Virus record (IMG/VR): IMGVR_UViG_3300044844_000506
Coordinates: 47,613 to 111,612 of that record
DNA length: 64,000 nt
Reading direction: 5' to 3' (one strand)
Source: a virus
This document shows, one piece after another, positions 48,702-59,530 of the stretch. The translations under genes were made by a program, and so were the position numbers. The notes beneath the pieces are model-generated. The model made no database searches, was not told the DNA's origin, and worked only from the letters and a program-made list of their open reading frames with translations. How positions within the stretch are numbered: position 1 is the stretch's first letter; each line of letters starts with the position of its first letter.

Positions 48702-51700
48702 TAGTAGTTTTGACCTCCAATAAATCCATACCAAGTAGTTCCATTATCAGGTGATACGAAACTTAAAATATCAACTTTATTGTTAGTACTAGTTAATGTT
48801 GGTCCAGTACCACTAGGCCACTTAACCGATCCAGGCCAAGTAATTGTTCTTGCTGTTCCATCAGCAGTTAAAATAAGTGTAAATCCTTGAGCAGTATTAG
48901 CTCTAGAATCTGTATTACTTATGGTTAGAGAAGAAATATTTGAGTTTAAAGTTACAGTAAATACTTGTGCTGCATTTAAATCTAAAGTAAGAGAACTACT
49001 TGAAATACTAGGTGAAGACTTAGACTCTGAATAATCTGTCAATTTAACCGCACTAACATCACCACTCGTTGTTGTTAAGTTACCTGTAACACTAAATCCA
49101 TTAGGTGCTTGTTGTGCATTTAACGCAGAAGTAGCTGAAGTAGCATAAGTCCAAGTTAAAGTTCCTGATGGTAAATTAAGATATGTTGTGGCCGATACAG
49201 TTGGAATCTGTAATGAGTTTACATCAGTCTGTAAATAAATATCTCCATCCGAACCACCAGTAGGAGCACCACTACCGTATGTGTAAGCAAATAATGCTGC
49301 TGATGCAGTCCATTGGCTACCATTATACATTAATGCTTGACCAGCGGCAGGAGTTAATGTAGATGATATTGGATAACCAACTAATGCTGAAGCGTTCCAA
49401 ATAGCAGAAGTGTAATTAGCTCCAAGAGTTATAGAGTCTGTACCCTGAGATAATACTAAACCAGAAGCAGCAGAAATTGTTTGTGCTGCTCCTGTTTGGC
49501 TATTGATGGATGTAATTCCTCCCCCACCACCTCCAGCTACAGAGGATGCAGTCCATACAGTACCATTATAAACTAATGATTGACCTGTGGTTGGAACTAA
49601 CGTGGCTGATAGAGGAGATCCTCTTATTGCTGAAGCGTTCCATTGTGCAGTTGTATTACCAACTTGTTCAGCAGTAACAGAGTGAGGGTTATTTGTTGCT
49701 GCTATATGATTGGATACTGTTGAACTTAATGTAGCATTAGTAGAACTTAATACATACTGAGGATGATCGTTATCGCTTAATCCAAGTATGACTCCATGAT
49801 CAATCTCTGCTTGAGTAAAGTGGACTGTGCTTGAGGCTATGTGGTTAGATACTGTGGAGCTTAAAGTTGAGTTTGTCGAAGAAAGAACGTATTGAGGATG
49901 GTCGTTATCTCCTAGTCCACTTAATAAACCATGATCAATAGCACCTACGTTTAAGTAATTAGTCGCTGATACTGTAGTTGCTGCAAGTGTGCCAGTGACA
50001 CTAAATCCATTAGGTGCTTGTTGTGCATTTAATGCGGATGTAGCTGATGTAGCAGTTAATGCAGATGTTGGTAGTGCAGCAGGAACCCAGTTAGGAGCAT
50101 TGTAAGTTAATACATTACCTTCATCAGGAAGTGCATTAGTAACTGTTATACCACGAATAGCAGAAGCATTCCACTTAGCAACTGTGTTACCTAAATTTTC
50201 ATAAGTAGTTGCTGATACTGTAGTTGCAGCAAGTGTCCCTGTAACTGTAAATCCATTAGGGGCTTGTTGTGCATTTAACGCACTAGTAGAAGATAGTGCG
50301 TAAGTTGAAGAATATGCAAGTGTAGCAGAAGTAGCACTACTTACATTGAATGAAGATGGTGCATAATTCTTAAATGTGCTTGTAGTTAAATCATAAGCAA
50401 TTAAATCACGATTTGAAATACTAGAAGCTAAATTGAATCCCACAATATCATTAATATGAATTGGATTTGCAATATCAATTAATATTGATCCATTAATAGC
50501 TTGTTTTCTAGTAACTACACCTATGAATACTTCATCGTAAGGTGGAGTAGGTTTTACATTAGTAAGTCCACCACTTGGAGATAGGTATAGCTGATCTCCT
50601 TCGTTGTAACCATTTGTATTGTACTTATAAATAACACCTTTAGTAAGAACGTGACCAAATTCTCCCGTAGGAATATCATGTTCTACGACACCAATACATC
50701 TGCTCAAACTACCATTTGGAGCCTGTGGAACGTGATTGTTAGCAGCCGAGGCTGCTGTAATCAATACGTTGGCTCCTGTCGCTCCTGAGATTTTTACAGG
50801 AGTTCCTTTTGTTAATGTAGCACCTGTGCTATTCTTACAAACAACTACTACACCATATGCTCTATCGTAGTCTAAGGAATACCAATTAGTACCATTAGAA
50901 ATTACAGTTACAGACTCAGTTGGATCATAAAGAATAACTGTATTAGTAGCAGTTACTAATTCAGTACCTGAAATCGTAACTGATCTATAAGAACCACCAT
51001 CATCTACCTTTGAGAAAGTTATCATCTTGTTTGTGTAAGATGATGCTTCTGGTAGGTAAGCTGTTACTGATGTAGTGGTTGTATTTATAAGATAAGTATC
51101 GTAATTTCCACCAGCAGTAAATGATGTTATAGATGCACTGTTTACAGATGATACATTAGGTCTTACATTAAGATAATTAGTAGCTGATATTGTTGTAGAA
51201 CTAAGTGTTTGGAAATAGAAAGCCGCATTAGCTGAATCACCAGAAGAATTAATATAATTGGAATTAAGTGTTGCTAAATCCCAGTGAACTGCGGAAGCTA
51301 TGTGATTATTTACTAAAGAGCTTAATGCATTATTTGTCGAAGATAAAACATATTGTGGGTGATCATTATCTGCAAGACCTAAAATAGCACCGTGGTCAAT
51401 CTCTGCTTGAGTAAAGTGAACTGTGCTTGAGGCAATGTGACTCGATACTGTAGAGCTTAAAGTAGCATTAGTTGAAGACAATACATATTGAGGATGATCA
51501 TTATCTTCTAAACCAGTTAATGCCCCGTGGTCTATAACTCCACCAGTTGAACCACTAACTAGAATTACATCACCTACAGTGGATACATTTAAGTTTACTC
51601 CACTTAGAGTTCTAAATCTTAAATCTACTCCTACTTTACTTGAGAATGAAGATCCTGGACCTCCACCTATATTTGAAGCTGTATTAGCTTCTCCAGCAGT

Positions 51701-53038
51701 TCCACTTAGAATAGTTGAAGGCTGTATGTTTGTAAAAGTACTTGTAGATGAATTATAAACAATTAAATCGTTATTAGATATTGATGAAGCTAAATTAATT
51801 CCTACTATATCATTAAGGTGAGTAGGATTTACTATATCAATTAGAATTGAGCCATTTACACTCTGTTTTCTAGTTACAACACCTAAAAATACTTCTTCAT
51901 AAGGTGCAGTAGGCTTTACATTAGTAAATCCACCACTAGCTGCTAAGTATAATTGATCACCTTCGTTATATGAGTTTGTATTAAACTTATATAATATACC
52001 TTTAGTTAAGATATGCCCAAATTCACCATTTGGAATATCATGTTCAACTACACCTATACATCTACTTAATTGTCCATTAGGAGCAGCAGGAATATGATTA
52101 CTAAAAGCAGAAGTAGGAGATACTAATATGTTTGCTCCAGTAGCACCTGAAACTCTAACTGGAGTTCCTTTAGTTAATGTAGAACCAGTGCTATTTTTAC
52201 AAACAAATACTACACCATAAGATCTGTCGTAATCTAATGAATACCAACTAGTTCCATTAGAAATAACTCTAACTGACTCTGTTGGATCATAAAGTAAAAT
52301 AGTGTTTGTGGCAGTGACTAATTCTGAACTTGAAACTGTAACAGATCTATACGAACCACTATCATCTACTTTAGAAATAGTTATTACTTTATTTGTATTG
52401 GCAGAAGCAGCAGGTAAATAAAGTGTTACTCCTGTAGTAGTTGTATTAACTAAATAATAATCATAAACATTATTAGCATTTACAACACTAACAACTGCAC
52501 TATCAACTGAAGATACTTGAATTGGTGGAGTAGCACTTAATTGAATTAGATCTCCAACAGTTGAAACTCCTAAGTTAACACCGCTTAAAGTTCTAAATCT
52601 AAGATCTACGCCAAGTTTATAATCAAATGAGGATCCTGGACCTCCACCAATATTAGATCCAGTATTTGCTTCACCACCTGTAGCTCCTGGTGGAGTTGCT
52701 TGAGTCCACTTTGTTCCGTTCCATGTAAGTACTTGGTTTAGAGTTGGAGATCCTATATTAGTATCTCTTAAACTACTAATCGACTCAATACCAACTATTG
52801 TAGAAGTTAACCTCCAACCATTACCCATCAACGTATAAGCTGAAGTAGCTAATGGAACCGAAGATACTAATCCAGAAGTAGATGAACTAAATAAACCTAT
52901 AGTTTCTTTAATACCATCTAAGCTACTAGTTCCAGTTCCACCTACGGAAATAGGAATTACTTCACCAGCTTGGAACTCAATAAGAGTCCACTGCCCGCTT
53001 GAAAGCTGGTAGTAATGAATCGGGAGTTTTTCAGCCAT
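48701..53038 (-). CDS. long tail fibre protein with internal duplications
   Basis: 1445 aa, S/T/A/G-rich. 'QVLTWNGTKW', four 'DNDHPQY' repeats, and a C-terminal 'WPGSVKWP.G..PTLT...VDI.SF...GTTWYG' domain. Confidence 0.85.
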   Translation of the reverse strand: MAEKLPIHYYQLSSGQWTLIEFQAGEVIPISVGGTGTSSLDGIKETIGLFSSSTSGLVSSVPLATSAYTLMGNGWRLTSTIVGIESISSLRDTNIGSPTLNQVLTWNGTKWTQATPPGATGGEANTGSNIGGGPGSSFDYKLGVDLRFRTLSGVNLGVSTVGDLIQLSATPPIQVSSVDSAVVSVVNANNVYDYYLVNTTTTGVTLYLPAASANTNKVITISKVDDSGSYRSVTVSSSELVTATNTILLYDPTESVRVISNGTSWYSLDYDRSYGVVFVCKNSTGSTLTKGTPVRVSGATGANILVSPTSAFSNHIPAAPNGQLSRCIGVVEHDIPNGEFGHILTKGILYKFNTNSYNEGDQLYLAASGGFTNVKPTAPYEEVFLGVVTRKQSVNGSILIDIVNPTHLNDIVGINLASSISNNDLIVYNSSTSTFTNIQPSTILSGTAGEANTASNIGGGPGSSFSSKVGVDLRFRTLSGVNLNVSTVGDVILVSGSTGGVIDHGALTGLEDNDHPQYVLSSTNATLSSTVSSHIASSTVHFTQAEIDHGAILGLADNDHPQYVLSSTNNALSSLVNNHIASAVHWDLATLNSNYINSSGDSANAAFYFQTLSSTTISATNYLNVRPNVSSVNSASITSFTAGGNYDTYLINTTTTSVTAYLPEASSYTNKMITFSKVDDGGSYRSVTISGTELVTATNTVILYDPTESVTVISNGTNWYSLDYDRAYGVVVVCKNSTGATLTKGTPVKISGATGANVLITAASAANNHVPQAPNGSLSRCIGVVEHDIPTGEFGHVLTKGVIYKYNTNGYNEGDQLYLSPSGGLTNVKPTPPYDEVFIGVVTRKQAINGSILIDIANPIHINDIVGFNLASSISNRDLIAYDLTTSTFKNYAPSSFNVSSATSATLAYSSTYALSSTSALNAQQAPNGFTVTGTLAATTVSATTYENLGNTVAKWNASAIRGITVTNALPDEGNVLTYNAPNWVPAALPTSALTATSATSALNAQQAPNGFSVTGTLAATTVSATNYLNVGAIDHGLLSGLGDNDHPQYVLSSTNSTLSSTVSNHIASSTVHFTQAEIDHGVILGLSDNDHPQYVLSSTNATLSSTVSNHIAATNNPHSVTAEQVGNTTAQWNASAIRGSPLSATLVPTTGQSLVYNGTVWTASSVAGGGGGGITSINSQTGAAQTISAASGLVLSQGTDSITLGANYTSAIWNASALVGYPISSTLTPAAGQALMYNGSQWTASAALFAYTYGSGAPTGGSDGDIYLQTDVNSLQIPTVSATTYLNLPSGTLTWTYATSATSALNAQQAPNGFSVTGNLTTTSGDVSAVKLTDYSESKSSPSISSSSLTLDLNAAQVFTVTLNSNISSLTISNTDSRANTAQGFTLILTADGTARTITWPGSVKWPSGTGPTLTSTNNKVDILSFVSPDNGTTWYGFIGGQNY

Positions 53039-53044
53039 AAATTA

Positions 53045-53443
53045 CTATACTAAAGGATATCGGGGTACAGGATTTAGTTGTGTCTCGACACCGTAATTAA
53101 TCATTACTGTAGCAGTAGCAGAACCTAAGTTCCTTAATTCAAATGATGAAACGTACTTTCCTGCACCTAATGTTATTTGTTGACCAGGATAAATTAATGA
53201 TCCAATATAACCAGAAGCAGCAGTTAAGCTATTAGCATTAGCTATTACACCTATAGCAGAAGTAGGAATTAGACTGCTAGGAGTGAATAAGAAGGCACAA
53301 CCACTAGGAGAAGGTGTACCACTAACTACTACTTGGAATGTATTGCAAAGAATAGGAGTTCCAACTGAATTGTGACAAGTTACTTGCGTAGCTTGACCAG
53401 CAGTCATGCTACCATATTTTACATAACCATTAAAACCTTCCAT
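53045..53443 (-). CDS. hypothetical structural protein
   Basis: 132 aa, beta-rich, translationally coupled to the upstream gene. Confidence 0.55.
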   Translation of the reverse strand: MEGFNGYVKYGSMTAGQATQVTCHNSVGTPILCNTFQVVVSGTPSPSGCAFLFTPSSLIPTSAIGVIANANSLTAASGYIGSLIYPGQQITLGAGKYVSSFELRNLGSATATVMINYGVETQLNPVPRYPLV

Positions 53444-55299
53444 TAGTTATCCTCCTTTTCTTCTTCATCTTCATCTTCACCAGTCTCATCTTCATATTCT
53501 TCTTCACTTTCTACGTCATGAGATCCCTTAGGCTGATCAACATGAACCTCATCGTCACCTTCACCAGTATTAATATTTACTGTAGTATCATCTTCTTCTG
53601 AATCTTCAGAGCTATCGCCCATTTTTAGCTTAATATCATTAATTAGATTTTCTAGCTCTGACATAGTAGACATTAGTTGTTCTTTAGACATTTCTACTGG
53701 GGGTTCTTCCTCTTCTTCACCCTCCATGCCTTCCATATCCTCTAATTCATGATCTTGCATAGTATGTTGACCATCACCATCTCGGTCTAATCCACCCATA
53801 CCACCCATGTCACCACCCTCTTCATCCTCAGGACTCATTTCAACATTCTCTTCATCATCTTCCTGAGTATCATCTGATACATCTAGATTTAGATCATTAG
53901 CTAATCTTGAGTATCCATCCTGTGGAACAGGACTATTAGGTGTAGGTTGAGGAGATTGCATACCTTGAGGCATAGCATCACCACCTTGACCACCTAGAGC
54001 TTGAGTAGACTTAATCATCTTTAGAATGTTTACAACATTACCAAGATCATTAGCAATGCTATCAAAATCTAAGTATCTGCTAATTGCAGACTCATTAATG
54101 AATGAGTATCCACTTTCTTCAAAGAGAGTACAAATTATATCATTTACATCTATTGCTTCAATACCGTTCTTTTCTTTTAGAACTTCTATTGCTTCTTTGA
54201 TTACTTGCTTTTGAGCACTACCCTTAGGTAAAACTTTATTTAAAGTTTCAAATAAAACTATTTGAGTATTTAATAGACTACGGAATGAAGCTGGCTCTTT
54301 TAAGTTCTGGAAGTTAATACCATACTTTTCATCAAGAGTTTTAATTAATTCTCTCTTGATCGGCTTCTTAGCTTCGAATAATTGTGATGAGTAAGATTGT
54401 ATATCCTTGATGTTCACTACAGATTCAGATACATTTAATAAGGTATTAAACATATCAGTCATCTGCTTCTTGCTAAGTAGAGCAACATAAGGTATATCAG
54501 TTATAGCCTCACTTAATGCTTCTGCCTTTTCATCTTCATCACCGTTTATAGCATTGGCTAATGCTATAACCTTTGGATGGCTTGTCCAAATTAAATTGAA
54601 GTTTCTCTTGTTTTCTAATAATTCCTTTTTAATCAACTCTTGACGAGTGATTAATTCGTAGAGACTTACATTCTCATCTGATTCGCTTATTTCAAACTTC
54701 TTTGCTTCAGCAAGAGTCTGGTAAGTGACTTTAGGCATATTAAATGCTTCTGCGATTGTCTTTGAGAGAATAGCTGTGCTACGGATTTCACTAATGTTTG
54801 AGATCTTAGTCTTATTTACCTTTAAGAACTGAGTTAAAGAAGGAAGGATCTCCATTAAATTCTTAAATTGAGGTGTGGATAAAATATCTTTATTTTCTAC
54901 AACTGAGGCAGATTTAGACTGTAAAAGTTTGGATATTTTATTTAATTTAAGTCTTTCTTCCCATAAATTTAAAGTCTCAACTAAGTCCTTTTTACCGCTT
55001 GAGTAATTATCTCTGTAGAGATTACCTATTAGAGAGTTAACTTGTTTTTCAATTAGTTTGTTAAATTCTTGACTATCAAGGTAAGTAGAAGCCTCATTTA
55101 CCTCTAATTCTTCTAGTCCAGATTCTGTTACTATACCAGAAATTATCTTCTGATTTTGTGTAACAAACCAAACTTTTTCAGTATTATCATCGTACTTAAA
55201 TAATTCTACATTCTCTCTTAAAGAACGACCTAAGTAACTTGCAGTACGATATAAAGAAGCTAACTTCTTATCTCTATTTAAAATAACCTCATTTAACAT
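53443..55299 (-). CDS. putative prohead core/scaffold-type protein with an acidic tail
   Basis: 618 aa directly after the portal gene. Helical body, about 180-aa D/E/G/M-rich tail and many x-x-E sites. Confidence 0.55.
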   Translation of the reverse strand: MLNEVILNRDKKLASLYRTASYLGRSLRENVELFKYDDNTEKVWFVTQNQKIISGIVTESGLEELEVNEASTYLDSQEFNKLIEKQVNSLIGNLYRDNYSSGKKDLVETLNLWEERLKLNKISKLLQSKSASVVENKDILSTPQFKNLMEILPSLTQFLKVNKTKISNISEIRSTAILSKTIAEAFNMPKVTYQTLAEAKKFEISESDENVSLYELITRQELIKKELLENKRNFNLIWTSHPKVIALANAINGDEDEKAEALSEAITDIPYVALLSKKQMTDMFNTLLNVSESVVNIKDIQSYSSQLFEAKKPIKRELIKTLDEKYGINFQNLKEPASFRSLLNTQIVLFETLNKVLPKGSAQKQVIKEAIEVLKEKNGIEAIDVNDIICTLFEESGYSFINESAISRYLDFDSIANDLGNVVNILKMIKSTQALGGQGGDAMPQGMQSPQPTPNSPVPQDGYSRLANDLNLDVSDDTQEDDEENVEMSPEDEEGGDMGGMGGLDRDGDGQHTMQDHELEDMEGMEGEEEEEPPVEMSKEQLMSTMSELENLINDIKLKMGDSSEDSEEDDTTVNINTGEGDDEVHVDQPKGSHDVESEEEYEDETGEDEDEEEKEDN

Positions 55300-55328
55300 A
55301 ATTTAATCCTTCTTATTGTATATATGCA

Positions 55329-57188
55329 TTAACTACTTAAAGTTTTTAAGTTCTTAAGTTTTTCTTGTATTGATTTTAATGCTTTTACTTTAATTACATC
55401 AGATTCTGATAATAATACACTATCTAAGTATTTAAGTGTTTCGTTTTGAGGAGAGTCCATTCCTGCTGACCCTGGTTGTTGTTGAGCTATGTTTCCAGAT
55501 CTTCCCCCTACACCAACCATTCCACTATCTCCTACTTCTTGAGGCATTTCACCCCCAGCTTCGGGATTTGCTGCGCCCATCATTTGCTGTTGCATCATTT
55601 GTTGCTGCATAGCTTGATCTTGTTGCTTTTGCATTTCTTTAGCTTCTTGGTCTTCTAGTAACTTAAGTTCTTTACCAATTTCATCTGTGGACATTTCATA
55701 GTATTCTCTATAAACAGTTTCTTTAGAGAATAACCCGCTACCAAGAACAGCAGTTACAACTCTTGTCTTTGCCTCATCAATCTCTAATTTACGCTTGGTA
55801 TACATATCTGACGGATCAGGCATTTCAACTCTAAGTTCATTGATTAAAGATTGAGGGAATCCCTTTATCTTTAAATGCCTTCTTATTAATGCTTGTAAAC
55901 CAAATGTAAATTGATGCTGAACACGCATTACTGTTCTACCAAACTTAACGTCTAATTGACTTAAGTTTGCTTTTCTTTCAGCACCCTTATCTTTAGATTC
56001 TACGATGTAGTCTCTGGGAACCTTCATACCTCCTAAAACCTTATCTAGGAAGTACTTAACGTCATCTATGTCTCCTAAGTTCTGTGCTCCAGGAAGAACA
56101 TCAACTCTTGTTTCTTTATCTCCTCTATGTGGAATAAACAAATCTTCATCAACAGATAGAGGATTAAAACGCTCATCTATATTACCTGTGCTAGTGTTGA
56201 AGAACTTCTCTTTACGGAGTTTCTGCTTCATTTGATCTACGAATGTGGCAACTCTGTGAGAAGGAATGTTACCTGTGTTAATGTAGAATACTCTTCTCTC
56301 GGGTGCGCGTGAGAGTCGGTATACCAACATAGCATCTTCCATCAACTTTAGAGATCTAAATGCTCTAATTACTCCACCAGCTACACCACGACCATAAGGA
56401 TAGAATCTAGGATCTGAAGTGTGTAATCTAAAGTGTAGAATCTGATTCTTGTCTAGTGTAATATAGTTATTTCTAGCCATTGAATCGGATTGAGAACCGA
56501 AAGCTGACCAGTCAATAGTTTTTGGTATTTCCTGCAAGAATGCAGTTAAATAGCCATACATATTCTCAACACGAATTATAAAGTTAGGGTTAAGTATCTT
56601 AATTCTTTGAACACCTGACTTTGGATTATTTTCATCGACAATAATTTCTACGAAACAATCACCAAACTTAACCATGTTTCGTATAATGTCCCAATAATAT
56701 CTTTCTAAATCAACAGTTTTAAATAGTCTTTCTACTTCATCTTTCACTATTTGACTAGAAGATTTAATAACCCATCTTTTACCTTGAATATTTCTTTGGG
56801 TTGAATCGTCTGCGTATAAATCAAATGCGGATGAAATTTCAGGATATTCATCCATGCTCTCAAATTGACGATATCTTTCTTTTCTGGATCTTTCGTATTC
56901 AGGGATAAGAACTGTTCGAACAACTAATTCAGGACCATCATAAACCTGAGCAGTTTTAATCTTTACCGTATCAATACTAGTATAAGTATCGCCAGCTTGA
57001 GGAGCTTTCTCATAAGCCTTTTGATCTTGACCCTGTAAAGAGATGTATGGTTTTGCCGAAGTAGCAAAGAATTTGGCAAACCATCTACCAGCAGATCCTA
57101 AAGGGGTAAACCAGTTACCCGATCCTAGTATAGGTCCACCAAATGAGGTTTCCCCAGCTTCATTAATCATTTTTTTATTATCTGCCAC
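55329..57188 (-). CDS. portal protein, T4 gp20-like
   Basis: 'Y...E.MD..PEI..A.D..ADD', 'LKLMEDAMLVYRL.RAPERRVFYI..GN.P', 'EDLFIP', 'LPG..NLG.IDDV.YF...L...KVP'. GTG start. Confidence 0.96.
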   Translation of the reverse strand: MADNKKMINEAGETSFGGPILGSGNWFTPLGSAGRWFAKFFATSAKPYISLQGQDQKAYEKAPQAGDTYTSIDTVKIKTAQVYDGPELVVRTVLIPEYERSRKERYRQFESMDEYPEISSAFDLYADDSTQRNIQGKRWVIKSSSQIVKDEVERLFKTVDLERYYWDIIRNMVKFGDCFVEIIVDENNPKSGVQRIKILNPNFIIRVENMYGYLTAFLQEIPKTIDWSAFGSQSDSMARNNYITLDKNQILHFRLHTSDPRFYPYGRGVAGGVIRAFRSLKLMEDAMLVYRLSRAPERRVFYINTGNIPSHRVATFVDQMKQKLRKEKFFNTSTGNIDERFNPLSVDEDLFIPHRGDKETRVDVLPGAQNLGDIDDVKYFLDKVLGGMKVPRDYIVESKDKGAERKANLSQLDVKFGRTVMRVQHQFTFGLQALIRRHLKIKGFPQSLINELRVEMPDPSDMYTKRKLEIDEAKTRVVTAVLGSGLFSKETVYREYYEMSTDEIGKELKLLEDQEAKEMQKQQDQAMQQQMMQQQMMGAANPEAGGEMPQEVGDSGMVGVGGRSGNIAQQQPGSAGMDSPQNETLKYLDSVLLSESDVIKVKALKSIQEKLKNLKTLSS

Positions 57189-57199
57189 TTTATAATCCT

Positions 57200-58813
57200 T
57201 TACTTACCGTAAACCCATTTAATCTCATCATATGTTTTACCGCCAAAATATTTTCTCATATCTTGATTGTTACCTTTGAACATCGGCATAGGCTCGTAGA
57301 ATCCATCATCACTAAGTTTTGTTAGAGTTCCTGGAGAGTTTGTAATCATTTCTACTATGCCTTGAATGGATAAAGCTAAACTCATAATTAAATCGTCATG
57401 TTGACCATTATCAGCTTTAACTCTACCACTTTCATCAATAACAAAGGTTAATAATTCTTTTACTAATCTATCTGAATTTACTAAAATCTTTTTGCTTCTA
57501 ATGTATTCTTCCATTTTAGCAAAAAGCTGTTCTTTACTTTGAAATGTGGTTTGGAATCCATACTTACCGTTTTTATCCATCCACACATTTTCATATTGTT
57601 CTTTTTTAACTAAGTATTCAATTAAGTTATTACCTATACTGTTTCTCTCAGGCATTATCAATGCTGAATTATATCTTCTACCTTCCTCAGATAATATTTT
57701 AGCAAAATCATCTATAGAAGTCTTATTAGAGTAAAACTCAGCAACTTGTTGACCATTGTATACGTTTAATATTATGAACGCAGAATAGTCTCTTTCTCTT
57801 CCTAAAGCCGTATCTGCACCCATTACATATTGATGATAAGGTTCAGGCTCATGCCAAACTCTTAAACGATTATTATACTTAGTAGTATATTCTTTACTTG
57901 TGTTATCATTAAGTAAAGTTAAAGTTTCACCATCAATATAAGTTTCACCTGTACCTAAAAACTCTTTCTCAAACTCTTGTTTCCAGCGTTTAATTCCAAT
58001 GTTCTTTTTAGTTGCTTCTTCAAAGTGGTTAACATCGTATGTATCATCTCGTTCTCTTAACAAGCTGTATAACCACTCATAACGCGAGTCATATTTATAC
58101 TGAGGATGTTCTTGCCAATCAATATCAATTACGTTAAAGTTATTAAGACCTTTTCTAGCCTCTTCATACATTGTGTGGAAGAAGTTACCCATACCATTAA
58201 CAGTAGATAACATAAATACTCTACCACCTGTAGAGATGATTGGATAAACTGCTGCCCAAATATCTCCAATGCTCTCTACGAACGCTGCTTCGTCAATGAT
58301 TAAAAGGTAAGAAGATAGTGATCTACCTGAAGTCTTCTTAGCTGGTCTAGCCTTTACTTTACAACCAGTTACAAGCTCTAAAGTATGTTTGTTATCTCCA
58401 CCCTTTTTAATTGCAGGTTTTAAAAACGAAGGTAACTCATCATACATGATTTTAATTCTAGTTAAAACCTCTGTAGACTCAGTGTCACCAATTGAAAGAA
58501 TAGCAATGGTTTTATTTCTTTCAAATACTAGAATGTGTAATGCATAAGCACAAGCGATAGTTGTACATCCAGCTTGTCTAAATTTTCTTAGTAAATTGAA
58601 TCTATTTTTATCTAAGTTATCTATAATTCTACGTTGGAAGTCAAATAGCTCGAAGGGAACTAGGCCGAGTAGCTGGTGTTCCACTTTAACATAAGTCGAG
58701 ATAAAATAGGCTTTATCTCTTTTACATTTTAAGAACTCAGCTTTAAGTTCTTCTTTATTCATTTTAGTCCAGTGTTTTACATCTGGTTGGCTGAGATTAA
58801 TTTTATTTTCCAT
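57200..58813 (-). CDS. large terminase subunit, T4 gp17-like
   Basis: 'PF.LFDFQ', 'K.RQAG.TT', 'LIIDEAAF', 'LST.NG.GN.F', 'QEFE.EF', nuclease 'GADTA.G...DYS', 'ERN', 'HDDL'. Confidence 0.96.
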   Translation of the reverse strand: MENKINLSQPDVKHWTKMNKEELKAEFLKCKRDKAYFISTYVKVEHQLLGLVPFELFDFQRRIIDNLDKNRFNLLRKFRQAGCTTIACAYALHILVFERNKTIAILSIGDTESTEVLTRIKIMYDELPSFLKPAIKKGGDNKHTLELVTGCKVKARPAKKTSGRSLSSYLLIIDEAAFVESIGDIWAAVYPIISTGGRVFMLSTVNGMGNFFHTMYEEARKGLNNFNVIDIDWQEHPQYKYDSRYEWLYSLLRERDDTYDVNHFEEATKKNIGIKRWKQEFEKEFLGTGETYIDGETLTLLNDNTSKEYTTKYNNRLRVWHEPEPYHQYVMGADTALGRERDYSAFIILNVYNGQQVAEFYSNKTSIDDFAKILSEEGRRYNSALIMPERNSIGNNLIEYLVKKEQYENVWMDKNGKYGFQTTFQSKEQLFAKMEEYIRSKKILVNSDRLVKELLTFVIDESGRVKADNGQHDDLIMSLALSIQGIVEMITNSPGTLTKLSDDGFYEPMPMFKGNNQDMRKYFGGKTYDEIKWVYGK

Positions 58814-58831
58814 ACGCTATTATTATATAGT

Positions 58832-59530
58832 ATGCAGATAACAGACATAAATTACTATTCGTTTATTTGTTCGAAAGACGATAATTATAAACCTACTGCG
58901 GTACACTTATTTAACTATTTAACTGATGCAGGTATTAAAGTTAAAAGTTTAATTGGTAAGAACAGTATTTTCTCGGCTTATAAAGAAGGATTAGAAAAAG
59001 TTAATCCTAAAGACGATGACATTATTATTTTGTGTCACGATGACATTGAAATAATGTGTCCTCCCTCTACTTTATTCTTACACTTGAATAAGTGTCAATC
59101 ATTACCTGAGTGTGGATTTATAGGTGTAGCGGGTACTCGTAACTTTGATTTGCCTTGTGTTTGGTGGAACTGGGATAAGAAGTACGATCACTCAGGGGGA
59201 GTTTATCATGGAACTATGCTCAATCGTTATTGGACTAACTTCGGTCCTTATGGTGAAGTAGTAGTGCTTGATGGAGTATTCCTAGCTTGCACAGGAAAGA
59301 CTTTAAGATCAATTAAACTAGAACAACCAGAAGCATTTAGTGGTAACTGGGACTTCTATGACATTTATTATACTTTCCAAACTCATATAAATGGAAAGAA
59401 GAACTACACAGTACCAATTACAATAAGACACGAATCTCCTGGAACTCCTAGAGAAAGTTGGGATAGTAACAGAAGAGAATTTATTAAAATGTATAATGAG
59501 CAATTACCAAAGAAAGTAGAGTTAACATGA
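58832..59530 (+). CDS. GT-A fold glycosyltransferase-like protein (start revised to ATG 58832)
   Basis: 'SIFSAY..GL', 'IIILCHDD', 'GVAG', 'VVLDGVFLA', 'DFYDI', 'IRHES.G'. Confidence 0.8.
   Translation: MQITDINYYSFICSKDDNYKPTAVHLFNYLTDAGIKVKSLIGKNSIFSAYKEGLEKVNPKDDDIIILCHDDIEIMCPPSTLFLHLNKCQSLPECGFIGVAGTRNFDLPCVWWNWDKKYDHSGGVYHGTMLNRYWTNFGPYGEVVVLDGVFLACTGKTLRSIKLEQPEAFSGNWDFYDIYYTFQTHINGKKNYTVPITIRHESPGTPRESWDSNRREFIKMYNEQLPKKVELT

Noticed and set aside
48701-53038. Diversity-generating retroelement target/template repeats
   Set aside because: The repeats are in-frame domain duplications, I saw no adenine-specific mismatch pattern, and there is no reverse transcriptase.
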